Shown: piece by piece, positions 54,220-64,000 of the stretch
Layout: each line of letters begins with the position of its first letter
How positions within the stretch are numbered: position 1 is the stretch's first letter
Assembly: GCA_045863855.1 (NCBI GenBank)
Contig: BTVV01000004.1
Span: 5,353 to 69,352, forward strand
DNA length: 64,000 bases
DNA from: Planctomycetota bacterium
GTDB taxonomy: Bacteria > Planctomycetota > SZUA-567 > H5-PLA8
Direction of reading: 5' to 3'
The notes under the pieces: model-generated
What the model was told of the DNA's origin: nothing
Seen by the model: only the letters and a program-made list of their open reading frames with translations
Databases searched by the model: none
Made by a program: the position numbers and the translations under genes

Positions 54220-56480
54220 GCCATCCCGCTCCGTTTGCGTAACCAGCAGTCCAACGTCACGATTCCAAGCAGCAGGAACAAGACCAGCGGCAGGTTCCAG
54301 ACCGCCACCGCTTGCGTGCGTTCGGTGACCCGAGCTTTCTCATCCAGCTTGGCAAACAGTGACTCGACCGCCCGCGCCGGATCCAGCACCTCGCCCCCGG
54401 TCGCTAGTGCAAAGCGTTCCAGCGCCGCGCGGTCAGCCGACGTGTGGTCGAACTCCTGCCCCGTGCCGCCGGCATGCACCGTCTTCACGGCCTCCTGCCC
54501 GTCGTAGATGCTGCGGACTTCCCATGTGCCAGGCTCGTCGAGCCGCACGTCGTACTCGTACAGGCCTGGCGCTTCGCGGCCGTCGGCGGGAAAGATGGTC
54601 CATGCGCGTCCCGAGGGGCTCTTGACCTCCACACGCAGATTGGCCTGGCGCACGGGCAGGTAGAGCTTGTCGACCAGCCGCGTGCTCAGCGCCAGTGTCT
54701 CGCCCACGGCCGCTGAATCGCGCGTGGCTTGAATCTGCGGCCGGCCAGGTCGCACGCGCGGGTCGGGCGCCAACGCACGCACCGCATTACCCCAAAAGAT
54801 GCGGTAATAATCCTTCCCTTGCTCCGGGCGCTGCATTTCCCAATTCCAGGTCGTATCGACGGCCATCGAAAAAACCTGGCCTTTGCCGGCATGCTGGGCT
54901 GCCATGAGCGGAAGGGTCTCGTTCGATAGCGGCCGCGTGGCCAGAAGCATCGCGCCGGGCTTGACGCCGCCCACTCGATTGCAGCCTTCGAGCGGCGGCA
55001 AGTCGTCCCACGCTTCGCGATTGGCTTCGGGATCCGCCTCCAGCCGCATGAGCGGATGACTCAAGCCCAGGGGTGTGGCAACCAGTTGAAATTCCTTGGG
55101 CTCCTGAGCCTTAGGAGTTGTCTGCAACGTAAAGGGCAGGACCTGCGCCAGCGGCGAATCTTCGTAGCCACCGGCCTCGTAGACGCTGCGCCCGCCCAGC
55201 GTGATCAATCCGCCCCCGCGCCTGCGCACGAAGTCGGCCAACCAGCGCATTTTGGTCTCGGCCAAGTCCCCGTTTTGTCGAAAATACGAACGCGGAATGT
55301 CGCCAAGAACGATCACGTCGTAGGCATACAAGTCGGCTTCTTCGGCGGGCAACCCGGCGCTAACATCCTTATGCTTCAAGGCGCCCTGCGCGTACCAACC
55401 ACCGCTGGGGAGCATCGTCAGCATGGCCAGATCCACCACCGGATCGCGCGCCAGCCAATGCCCTAGAATCTTGCGTTCGTCGCGCGGGATATCGAGGTAG
55501 AGCACCTTGATCTTCTCGTCGAGCACCTGGACGCGATGTACGCTCACCAGCAACCGCTCGGCGGCCGATTCCTTCAGCCCTTCGGCCTCGATCCGGTACA
55601 TCGCCAGACCCGCGCGAGTCGGTACCAGCGCGAAATTGACGTCCAACGGAGTTTCGCCCAAGCGCAGCGGCCCGCGAATCTCAAGCGGTTCTTCCTTGCC
55701 GGCTTCGAAGAGCTTGAAGCGAACTTGCTGCTCTTCCTTCCGGCCGCCTTCCAGCCGCGCCGCCAGCGTTAGCGTATCGCCCAGCCGAACGAACGGGACG
55801 GCGAGCACATCCTTCAGTCGCGGGACGGGCACCTCTTCCGTGCTCCCCAAGCAGACGGGGTAGACCGGAAGGCCGCGCGCCGCAAACTTAGGAGCCACGA
55901 AACCACCGGTGTTCCGCGTGGTATCGCGCCCGTCGGTAAGTACCACAACACCCTGTACATCCTGTTCCCGAGCCAACGTCTCCTCGAGGGCCTCGAACAA
56001 GCGCGTCTGCTCTCGGAGGTCCGAGGCTTCGTCGTTCGCGGCAAGTTCGCGCCCGAAACAGTAAGGTGCGATCTCCACTCGGCCGGCCAGGCGCTCGGCC
56101 AACTCCGTGCGCAAGCGTTCCGCCGCGGCTCGGCGCGTGGATCCTGCCGCATCGGCGATCTGCATGGAATCGGAAACGTCCAAGAGCACCGCAAGGCGCG
56201 GCGGCGCGGAATGTACATAAGTGACGCGCGCTTCCAACTGCACCAGCAGGGCCAGAATCAATGCGCAACCCGCGAGACGCAGCAACGAAGTGTACACGCG
56301 CAACCGGGTCGGCATCGTATTCGACGGCAGCCAGCTCAAACCGGCCAGCGCCAGAAACCCCAGGCCCGCCGCCACCCACGCCCACACGGGCCACGGCGCC
56401 GCGGCGTACCAGTCCCAGTTCGCCAGCCGTTCGACGGCATGCGGTCGGTCCAGGCCGAGGAGATCGTACAGCCAGCCCAT
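54216..56480 (-). CDS. VWA-domain membrane protein with a glutamine-amidotransferase-like (class I GATase fold) domain and a C-terminal TM helix
   Basis: N-terminal TM helices are followed by the MIDAS motif LLDVSDSM and ..VVVLTDGRDT... Later ..DVIVLGDIP..FVRRRGGGLITLGG.. is typical of the GATase-like domain of BatB-type or 'membrane protein with VWA' proteins. The C-terminal TM helix is VWNLPLVLFLLLGIVTL. Confidence 0.7.
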   Translation of the reverse strand: MGWLYDLLGLDRPHAVERLANWDWYAAAPWPVWAWVAAGLGFLALAGLSWLPSNTMPTRLRVYTSLLRLAGCALILALLVQLEARVTYVHSAPPRLAVLLDVSDSMQIADAAGSTRRAAAERLRTELAERLAGRVEIAPYCFGRELAANDEASDLREQTRLFEALEETLAREQDVQGVVVLTDGRDTTRNTGGFVAPKFAARGLPVYPVCLGSTEEVPVPRLKDVLAVPFVRLGDTLTLAARLEGGRKEEQQVRFKLFEAGKEEPLEIRGPLRLGETPLDVNFALVPTRAGLAMYRIEAEGLKESAAERLLVSVHRVQVLDEKIKVLYLDIPRDERKILGHWLARDPVVDLAMLTMLPSGGWYAQGALKHKDVSAGLPAEEADLYAYDVIVLGDIPRSYFRQNGDLAETKMRWLADFVRRRGGGLITLGGRSVYEAGGYEDSPLAQVLPFTLQTTPKAQEPKEFQLVATPLGLSHPLMRLEADPEANREAWDDLPPLEGCNRVGGVKPGAMLLATRPLSNETLPLMAAQHAGKGQVFSMAVDTTWNWEMQRPEQGKDYYRIFWGNAVRALAPDPRVRPGRPQIQATRDSAAVGETLALSTRLVDKLYLPVRQANLRVEVKSPSGRAWTIFPADGREAPGLYEYDVRLDEPGTWEVRSIYDGQEAVKTVHAGGTGQEFDHTSADRAALERFALATGGEVLDPARAVESLFAKLDEKARVTERTQAVAVWNLPLVLFLLLGIVTLDCWLRKRSGMA

Positions 56481-58750
56481 CAGGCTTCCTCCCCCGCCCG
56501 CTCACGGCTGCGGCGAATGTTCGCCACGCACGCGGAGACCGCCTCTGCCGCGTACGCCAGCAGCGCCAATGCCGCAAGCCGCGGCCAAGCTTCGGCGCCC
56601 GTATAGACCAAGCTCGCGCCTGCATTCGGCGGAAGAATCTCGATCGGAATGCCGGCCGCCTGCGAGAACTCCTGCGGACCGGCCTTCTTCAGGCTGCTCT
56701 CGGCGGGCGGAACGAAGGCGGTCACCAGCCGGCCGTATCCGCCTCGCGTGGCGCCGCCAGACGTCGGCTTACGTAGTTCGTAGATGCCTTGGCGTTGCGG
56801 CGGGATCAGTACACGGCCCTGCGCATTCAGCGGCAGGCGTTCGGCCGGTCCGGCCGCATCTTCCGATCCCGCTGGCGCCGCCAGACCCAGTTCCAGCTCC
56901 TCAAGAAACGCGAACGCACGTTCCGAAGCATCGAGCACCGCGGGCTGCATCGCCGGAACGACATCCGCCGGACGCGCTTCATGCCGCTGCGTCAGGTAAT
57001 CCACCACGCGCCACATGAACGCCGGAAACGGGCGGATCAGCGCAAGGTTTCCGCGATCCAGTTCCAGCCCAAGCATCCACTGCAGGACGCGCCCCTCCCC
57101 CAGTTTCGATTCGAGTATCAGCGGGTGCCCTTGCGTGCTGAACAGGATGGATTGCGTTCCTTCGGCCATGGCGCGCACTTCCCGGATGCGTCCCAGCCGA
57201 ACCTTGCTCAAATCGCCGCCTTCTCCATCGACAAAGGGCCGCCAAAGCGCGTGGCGCTGGCCTTCCATCCGGAACGAAGCTGCCGGTTCGAGCGCGATCT
57301 CGTTCCCCAATTGGGCCGGCGCCAACGGCGGCGCGGAGGGCGTGCCCGAGGCCAGCGTCCGATTGAAGACCGGCGCCGAGCAGTGCTTCGAGCAAACGAT
57401 CAGGAGCGCGTGCCCCTCGTTTACGTAGGTCCGCAGATCCGCGAGGTTCTCGGTCGGCAACGACGAAACATCGTACAGGACGACGATGTCGTACTTGCTC
57501 AGCACCTCCGCGCGCAGTTCGGGCGCCAGGATCCGCTTCGTATGAATGCCGGTGCCTTCGGCGAGCCCCAATTCGCGGCCGGGATTAAGCACATATTGCA
57601 GGATGCGCCCGCCATCGACTTCGGAACCGGCGACGGCCTCGCCCGAATCGGCGGGTTGTCCCGGAAGCGCTTGGATCTGCGGTCCGGCCGCACCGCTTTC
57701 GCCCATCACAATCAGCACCCGGCGCAAGTCGGCCACCTTTAAGGGAACTCGAAACGCGTCGTCCAGCGCGTACGCGTCCGAGTCGATCTGAAGTTCGGCG
57801 ATCGTGCGCAGACTCATGTTGATCGGCTGCGTCAATTCGACGAAGGCTTCGCCCCCCGCCGCGAGGTTCAACGCTTTCGTGTGCGCGGCCTTTCGAGCGC
57901 CCAGCATCAACTGCACTTTGACTTCCGCCGCTTCCGGTCCGTGGTTCACCACATGCGCCAGCAGATGCGCATCGTCGCCCACGTTGACCTCAGGCTTGCG
58001 CAGACGGGCGTATTCGATGGCGACATTCCCCGCACGGTCTCCGTGCGAGACATCCAGCAGCGCGACACGCAGGCTGGCGCCGTGCGCTTCCGCCGCCGCG
58101 GCGATGCGTTCCAGGTCGGCCTGCTTGCGCGGATAAAGCGCGCTGGCCCGGTAATCGGACAGCAGCACGATCTGCGTGCAGCCTTCACGCCGCCCCGCCG
58201 CCAGTTCGATCGCCTTGCTTAGTCCCGCCGTCAGTCCGCAGCCTTCCCCATCGATGGGTTCCGCCCGCGCCAGCGCCTCGCTCGCCGCGGCCGTACCTTG
58301 CGTGAGCGGCAGGATGCTTTGGGCTTCGGTGCCGGCGAGTACGATTCCGCAGCGGCTCGCGGCATGTTCGGAATCCAGCAATTCCGCGCCGAGCGCTTTT
58401 GCGCGGTCGAAGTAGCGCTCCGCCTGGATCGTTCCATTCACCGTGACATGCCGCTGCATGCTCGCCGAAGCGTCGAGCACCAGGATCAGGTTTCGCGGAG
58501 CCGGTTCGCTGCCGGGCCACGCGAAGCGTGCCATCGCCAGCACCAGAAGCAGCATCGCCAGCAACCGCAGCAGCAGTTGAATTCGGTCGATCAGTCGCGG
58601 AGCGAAAACATTGGTTTGGCGCGTATCGGCCAGAAAGCGCAGCGACGGAAACTCGCGCACGGGAAAGCGCGCTCGATTGATCAGGTGGATCGCTACGGGC
58701 GCCGCCAGCCCCAGCACGCCCAACAGCATGGCCGGATAGAGCAGGCTCAT
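56480..58750 (-). CDS. BatA-like protein (aerotolerance-regulator N-terminal double-TM domain + VWA domain + large C-terminal region)
   Basis: ATG 58750 gives MSLLYPAMLLGVLGLAAPVAIHLINR (the BatA_N signature). The MIDAS motif is LVLDASASM. The start overlaps the DUF58 stop (ATGA). The ORF-track start 58840 lies inside the DUF58 gene. Confidence 0.75.
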   Translation of the reverse strand: MSLLYPAMLLGVLGLAAPVAIHLINRARFPVREFPSLRFLADTRQTNVFAPRLIDRIQLLLRLLAMLLLVLAMARFAWPGSEPAPRNLILVLDASASMQRHVTVNGTIQAERYFDRAKALGAELLDSEHAASRCGIVLAGTEAQSILPLTQGTAAASEALARAEPIDGEGCGLTAGLSKAIELAAGRREGCTQIVLLSDYRASALYPRKQADLERIAAAAEAHGASLRVALLDVSHGDRAGNVAIEYARLRKPEVNVGDDAHLLAHVVNHGPEAAEVKVQLMLGARKAAHTKALNLAAGGEAFVELTQPINMSLRTIAELQIDSDAYALDDAFRVPLKVADLRRVLIVMGESGAAGPQIQALPGQPADSGEAVAGSEVDGGRILQYVLNPGRELGLAEGTGIHTKRILAPELRAEVLSKYDIVVLYDVSSLPTENLADLRTYVNEGHALLIVCSKHCSAPVFNRTLASGTPSAPPLAPAQLGNEIALEPAASFRMEGQRHALWRPFVDGEGGDLSKVRLGRIREVRAMAEGTQSILFSTQGHPLILESKLGEGRVLQWMLGLELDRGNLALIRPFPAFMWRVVDYLTQRHEARPADVVPAMQPAVLDASERAFAFLEELELGLAAPAGSEDAAGPAERLPLNAQGRVLIPPQRQGIYELRKPTSGGATRGGYGRLVTAFVPPAESSLKKAGPQEFSQAAGIPIEILPPNAGASLVYTGAEAWPRLAALALLAYAAEAVSACVANIRRSRERAGEEA

Positions 58751-59658
58751 CGCGCGCGCTCCCGGCGGAAGTTCAGGTAATCGCGCAACGCGATTTCCAG
58801 CGGATCGGTGGTCGTAAAAAAGCGGTAATCGGCGCCCCATGCCGCACAGGCTTCGCGCAGGTCTTTGCGAAAGCGCCCGAAGCGGTCGAGGTACGATCGC
58901 TTCTGTCGCATCGCGTCGCAGGTCATCGTCGCGCCGGTCTCCGCGTCGCGAAACGTATTCATTTCCTCGAACGGAAACTCCACTTCGTCGCGGTCGGCCA
59001 CATGGAACAGAACCACCTCGTGATTGCGCGCGGCGACATGCCGCAGGCCGTCCACGATATCCTCCACTTCCCCGTAGCAGTCGCTGATCAGGATCAGGAT
59101 GCTCCGTCGCGGCATGCGCTGCGCGGTCTGCTTCAGCGCGTAGGATAGGCCCGTTTCGCCGTGGGCTTTCAATTGGTCGAGTGTCTTGAGTATGGCGAAC
59201 AGGTGCCGCTTGCCCTGCCGTGGCGGCAGGAAGGTGCGGATACGGTCGTTGAAGGTAAAGAGTCCCGCCGAATCCTGCTGGTGCGAAACCAGATAGGTAA
59301 GCGCCGCGCTCAAGTACGAACCGAACTCGATTTTACTGAAACGGCCGGGATCCACCGGCTGATAGCCCATCGAACGGCTGATATCCAACAGGCAGACCAC
59401 ATTCATGTTGGATTCCATCTCGAAGCGCTTCACGAAATACTTTCCGGTGCGCCCCAGCATGCGCCAGTCGATCGTCCGCGGTTCGTCGCCCACCACATAT
59501 TCGCGATGATCCACGAACTCGACGCTGAAGCCGTAGTTGGGGCTGCGGTGCCGCGAAGCGTACATCCCTTCCACCAGCAGCCGCGCTTTCAGCTCGATGG
59601 ACTCGATCGAGCGCAGCAGCTTCGGGTCGAGGTAGCGGGCTTGAGCGATGGCGTTCAT
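58747..59658 (-). CDS. DUF58-domain protein (VWA-like, MoxR-associated)
   Basis: ..EFVDHREYVVGDEPRTIDWR...VKRFE.. and LLDISRSM are DUF58 hallmarks. The gene lies immediately downstream of moxR. Confidence 0.88.
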   Translation of the reverse strand: MNAIAQARYLDPKLLRSIESIELKARLLVEGMYASRHRSPNYGFSVEFVDHREYVVGDEPRTIDWRMLGRTGKYFVKRFEMESNMNVVCLLDISRSMGYQPVDPGRFSKIEFGSYLSAALTYLVSHQQDSAGLFTFNDRIRTFLPPRQGKRHLFAILKTLDQLKAHGETGLSYALKQTAQRMPRRSILILISDCYGEVEDIVDGLRHVAARNHEVVLFHVADRDEVEFPFEEMNTFRDAETGATMTCDAMRQKRSYLDRFGRFRKDLREACAAWGADYRFFTTTDPLEIALRDYLNFRRERAR

Positions 59659-59701
59659 CGTCGCGGTTCATCCCTGCGGCTGGAAGGCGATACGGATGGT
59701 G

Positions 59702-60712
<1,011 letters not shown>

Positions 60713-61077
60713 TCCAGATTCCTCCTTCATCCTAGGCAGACTCGGGTACTCCGCATCGGCCTTTTCCCTATACACCAACACTTCATGCCATAGATCGATT
60801 TGTTAAAGTATTAAATTAAACCAACTAGGGAGCCCCTGGTAAAGTTTCGGGTCTCCAAACAGCCACCCCCTAAGACTCCCGAGCAATTGGGATTTGCACA
60901 AGCGCATGAGCACCAAGATAATCGTGCGGAGATTCGAGGAATCCATTCAACCCAAAGTATACCAACAGGATAGGAATATTTAACTTTATCAATTGTTTTG
61001 TCTGATTAAAGTACAGTTGCGGGTGTATACTTTTCCATTCAGTGAAGTAAAAACCCGCTAATCGGTGTCACGGCCCC
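60713..61077. promoter_or_regulatory. AT-rich divergent intergenic region between moxR (-) and the GntR-type regulator (+); probable divergent promoters/operators
   Basis: Several 60-nt lines here give about 30-38% GC by hand count against a mid-60s % background. It contains AAAGTATAC (60954-60962) and its reverse complement GTATACTTT (61025-61033), plus AAAGTACA (61008-61015) and ATTGTTTTG (60992-61000). Confidence 0.55.
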
Positions 61078-62175
61078 ATGAAACAGTCCGAGATCGCTCA
61101 ACTCATCCGCGACCAGATCGTTTCCAGCTCGCTTACGCCCGGCGCGCGGTTACCTACGCGGCTGGAACTCGAACAGCGCTTTGGAAGCAGCAGCGTCACG
61201 ATCCAGCGCGCACTCGATCAACTCAGCGCCGAGGGATTCGTCGAAGCGCACGGGCGCAGGGGCACCTTCGTTTCCGATGCACCTCCGCATTTGCATCGAT
61301 ACGGGTTGGTCTTCGCATCTCGGCCCGCGGCGGGCGGCGCGTGGAACCGCTGGTGGCAGACGCTCGTTCACGTCGCTCAGGATTTGCAAGCGCGCTCGGG
61401 GAAGCAGATCAAGCTGTTCTACGACGTTGACCCCCGGCTCAGCGGAAGCGCCGAATACCAGGCGCTCGAAGAGGCCGTGACCAGCCAGACCGTCGCGGGG
61501 CTGATCTTCGCCTGCCATCCGTACATCTTCGTCAATACCCCGGTGCTCGATTTCCCCGGCGTGCCGCGCATGGCGTTCACGGGCGAACCCTTTCGCTCGG
61601 ACATGGCGGCGTTTCAGTTCAATAACCAGGCGTACCAGGATAAAGCGTTCGATTATTTCCTCCGGCGCGGGCGCAAGCGCCTCGCGGTGCTGGGGCAGCC
61701 GATGTCCGACCGCCTGGATCTGGCCTGGACCGTCGCCGCTCAAAAGCGCGGCCTCGAGACGCGCCCGGCCTGGACGCTGGCCGTGCCGCTCAACGACGCG
61801 CACTGGGCTCAGAACGTCGTGATGCTACTGATGAGCTTGCCGCCAAGCGAACGCCCCGACGCGCTTCTGATCAAAGACGACAACCTCACCGAACAGGCGC
61901 TCTACGGATTGCGCGACAGCGGCGTGCGCGTAGGCGAAGACCTGGACGTGATCGCACACGCCAACTTTCCGGTGCAAGCGCCGCTGATCCTGCCGGCCAA
62001 GCGCCTGGGCTGGGACTCGCGCGAAATCCTGCGGCTGGGTATGGCCTACATCGACGCGCACCGGCGAAAAGAAAGCGCGCCCGACCGCTACCTGCTGGAC
62101 GCTTGGTTCGAAGAAGAATTGGCAGAACCGCTGTTCACGTCTCCGCCATGGCCTGCGGCGCGCGTCCACGCCTGA
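61078..62175 (+). CDS. GntR-family transcriptional regulator with a periplasmic-binding-protein (LacI/sugar-binding-like) effector domain
   Basis: The N-terminal winged HTH ..LPTRLELEQRFGSSSVTIQRALDQLSAEGFVEAHGRRGTFV is classic GntR. The roughly 290-aa C-terminal domain resembles PBP type I (AraR-like architecture). Confidence 0.82.
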   Translation: MKQSEIAQLIRDQIVSSSLTPGARLPTRLELEQRFGSSSVTIQRALDQLSAEGFVEAHGRRGTFVSDAPPHLHRYGLVFASRPAAGGAWNRWWQTLVHVAQDLQARSGKQIKLFYDVDPRLSGSAEYQALEEAVTSQTVAGLIFACHPYIFVNTPVLDFPGVPRMAFTGEPFRSDMAAFQFNNQAYQDKAFDYFLRRGRKRLAVLGQPMSDRLDLAWTVAAQKRGLETRPAWTLAVPLNDAHWAQNVVMLLMSLPPSERPDALLIKDDNLTEQALYGLRDSGVRVGEDLDVIAHANFPVQAPLILPAKRLGWDSREILRLGMAYIDAHRRKESAPDRYLLDAWFEEELAEPLFTSPPWPAARVHA

Positions 62176-62251
62176 TCGATTCTACGGCCACTCCGGTTAG
62201 GCGAGGTTCGTGGCGCGGGCAATCGACTGCGCGTCGAAACTACCCGCCATG

Positions 62252-64000
62252 CTAATCCATCTCTTCCAGCAGCGAATCCGCGGCGCTGGTTTTGCCCACC
62301 GCGCCGGGAATGCCAGGCGATTGCGATCCGTCCTGCTTGCTGCCGATGAAGCGCAAGTGCCCCCACAGCGACGGATCGAGGCGCGCTTCGGTCGGTTCGT
62401 CCGCCACGCCGGAAGCCAGAAGGTCGGCCCACGATTGCCGGTTGCGCGTCGAATGCCCGTCGTCGGTCATCATCACGCTCCAATCCATCTTGAGCGTCGC
62501 CGCGGCTTCAGGCTTCAGGCCCAGATCGGCGAGCGGAATGGAAGCTTCGATCGTGTACTTGCCGTCTTGATCGCGCAGCGCGATCTGCGCCGCTTTAAGC
62601 ACCGTTACCTGCTCGAACACGGCTGTACCGCCGGCCGGCGTGCTGGTCTCCCAGCGCGCATCGGCCGGAGCGCCCGGCGCCACAGCTCGATACAGCACCG
62701 CCACCGGCTTACCTTTGAAGCGCGCGATCAGCAGGCGCACATCGCCCGCGACCGGTTGCTTGCGGTCCGGCGGCGCGAGCGGGTCGGCGCCGAGCTTCAC
62801 GTCCACCGCCGCACCGGTCTTGAAGAGCCTGCGGAAATCCTCGCCACCATTTTGGAACGGTCCTCGATCCTTCACCTCCCAAGCCAGGTAGAGAAATTTG
62901 GCGTTGTAGCGCGCCCCAAAGCTGGCGAAGTCGTCGATCGACGCCAGGTCGGGCCATTCCTTTTCGCCGAACTCACCATCCAGACTGGGCATGCCCATGC
63001 GGCATGGAAGCAACTGCGCCTTGGCGAACACCTGCTGCCGCCCGATCGACGCCTCCCATTCGCGCGTCTGCCGGATCATTTCCGCAGTCACTACCAGTTC
63101 GCCCGACGCTCGGCGGAACAAGTCCAGGCCGCTCACTTCCATGACGCTGGTGCTGGCGTGCCCCGCGACGACGTAGCACTTCCCGTCGGCCGTCTGGCAG
63201 AAATGGTGGTGAAAGTGTTCCTGTCCCAAGCTCAGGTTTTCCAGCACTGTCCCGCGTGCATGTTCCGCGGGGAAGCCCTTGGCGCGCGGATCGCGCTGGT
63301 GCAGCGTGAGGTGCCCTGCCAGCAAACCGTCAGCGGTCCACAGATTCATCTGGCCGTTGTTGGCATGTATCACGAAGATATCGCCCAACTCGCCCACCTT
63401 CCGGGCTGTGCCGGAAAGGCCGTACTGCAAATCCACTTTGCCCGGCGCCCACGGATACACCTTGAGTCCGTCCATGCCGAGCTGGGCCGGATAAGACCAG
63501 ATCCGCTTTCCGGCGGGGTCCAGCACTTCGTTGACCCCATGCCCGAAGCGAAAATGATTTCCGTCGGGAAGCTGGAAGTCGGCCCCAAACGGCATCGGCT
63601 TGGCTTCGAACTCGGGCGTCCCATCGGTCAGAAAGCTCTTGGGCTCGTAGCGCTTCGAGCCGGCGCTGGTGTTGGCCCAGAGCCCCAGATTCGCATCGAA
63701 GCGCCCCAGCGCGACGCGGTTATCCTTGCCGGGCAACGGCTCGAACGCGACCTCGGGCACCTGCGGCAGGCCGTCGCCGTTGCGGTCAGTCCAGACGAAC
63801 TGGAATCCGCCCATTGGCTTCCCCCCCAAGGCCTTGAGGAACTCGGGCTTGGCCAAATAGGGAAAGGCGCCGGCCGTACCTACCGCCGCACACAGCCGCA
63901 GGCGCTTCGCCGTTTCGTCGTAAAGACAGATGACCGCCAGGTTCTGAGTCGAGCCGTGGCTCAGAGGGGCCGAAACGATGTAACGCCGGCCGTCCACCAC
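62252..64000 (-). CDS. Secreted protein, partial (5' end off the right edge), with a C-terminal CBM9-like domain and a Ca-loop-like DRNGDG motif
   Basis: The ORF is open to the window edge. ..LDGEFGEKEWPDLASI..FLYLAWEVKDRGPF.. (aa about 338-525 of the visible part) resembles the CBM9/DOMON-like signature. WTDRNGDGLPQVPE is an FG-GAP/EF-hand-like loop. Confidence 0.65.
   Translation of the reverse strand: MVDGRRYIVSAPLSHGSTQNLAVICLYDETAKRLRLCAAVGTAGAFPYLAKPEFLKALGGKPMGGFQFVWTDRNGDGLPQVPEVAFEPLPGKDNRVALGRFDANLGLWANTSAGSKRYEPKSFLTDGTPEFEAKPMPFGADFQLPDGNHFRFGHGVNEVLDPAGKRIWSYPAQLGMDGLKVYPWAPGKVDLQYGLSGTARKVGELGDIFVIHANNGQMNLWTADGLLAGHLTLHQRDPRAKGFPAEHARGTVLENLSLGQEHFHHHFCQTADGKCYVVAGHASTSVMEVSGLDLFRRASGELVVTAEMIRQTREWEASIGRQQVFAKAQLLPCRMGMPSLDGEFGEKEWPDLASIDDFASFGARYNAKFLYLAWEVKDRGPFQNGGEDFRRLFKTGAAVDVKLGADPLAPPDRKQPVAGDVRLLIARFKGKPVAVLYRAVAPGAPADARWETSTPAGGTAVFEQVTVLKAAQIALRDQDGKYTIEASIPLADLGLKPEAAATLKMDWSVMMTDDGHSTRNRQSWADLLASGVADEPTEARLDPSLWGHLRFIGSKQDGSQSPGIPGAVGKTSAADSLLEEMD

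Noticed and set aside
60713-60781. A 23-codon N-terminal extension of moxR in the ORF track (MLVYREKADAEYPSLPRMKEESG)
   Set aside because: A strong AAGGAGG lies inside the extension, 8 nt upstream of ATG 60712. MoxR proteins are about 320-340 aa, which matches the shorter form.

Overview
This is a 64-kb, high-GC window (about mid-60s % GC by hand counts), densely coding on both strands. I support 38 protein-coding genes, including one partial gene at each edge. The left-edge gene is missing from the supplied ORF track because its stop lies outside the window. I could not recognise any rRNA, tRNA, CRISPR array, transposase, integrase or phage gene, but tRNAs cannot be strictly excluded by eye. 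The gene content (eukaryotic-like Ser/Thr kinases, giant secreted multi-domain proteins, a MoxR/DUF58/BatA/VWA/DUF4159 cluster, PQQ-propeller proteins) suggests a Planctomycetota/PVC-like or similar environmental lineage; that placement is inference only.

Housekeeping genes: a cysE-trpC fusion, larC, a glutathione peroxidase, an ACP-like gene, purE, a DEAD-box helicase, ychF, a rluD-like gene, sdhCAB (b558 type), an amidohydrolase and TIM-barrel isomerases.

Main points of interest:
1. A roughly 25-kb minus-strand block (43211-60712). A MoxR AAA+ / DUF58 / BatA-like / VWA 'Bat-like' operon is joined by start/stop overlaps to a 1614-aa NPCBM protein, a CBM9-HEAT protein and a small EF-hand protein. 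A second unit follows (DUF4159 plus a 2636-aa PQQ-propeller giant). Each unit lies behind a roughly 30% GC island, the two islands share short motifs, and a GntR/PBP-type regulator is divergent from the block.
2. An MglA-like Ras GTPase carrying a roughly 210-aa Pro-rich tail and a C-terminal membrane anchor. It is followed by an MglB/Roadblock gene and a DUF4388-TPR-PEGA-PQQ protein.
3. A PilZ-MshEN-PilZ protein with three apparently canonical c-di-GMP-binding modules. Degenerate MshEN-like modules recur in three neighbouring signalling proteins, including two paralogous Ser/Thr kinases.
4. A single-ORF CysE-TrpC fusion.

The many long ORFs antisense or out of frame to these genes are treated as high-GC shadow ORFs.
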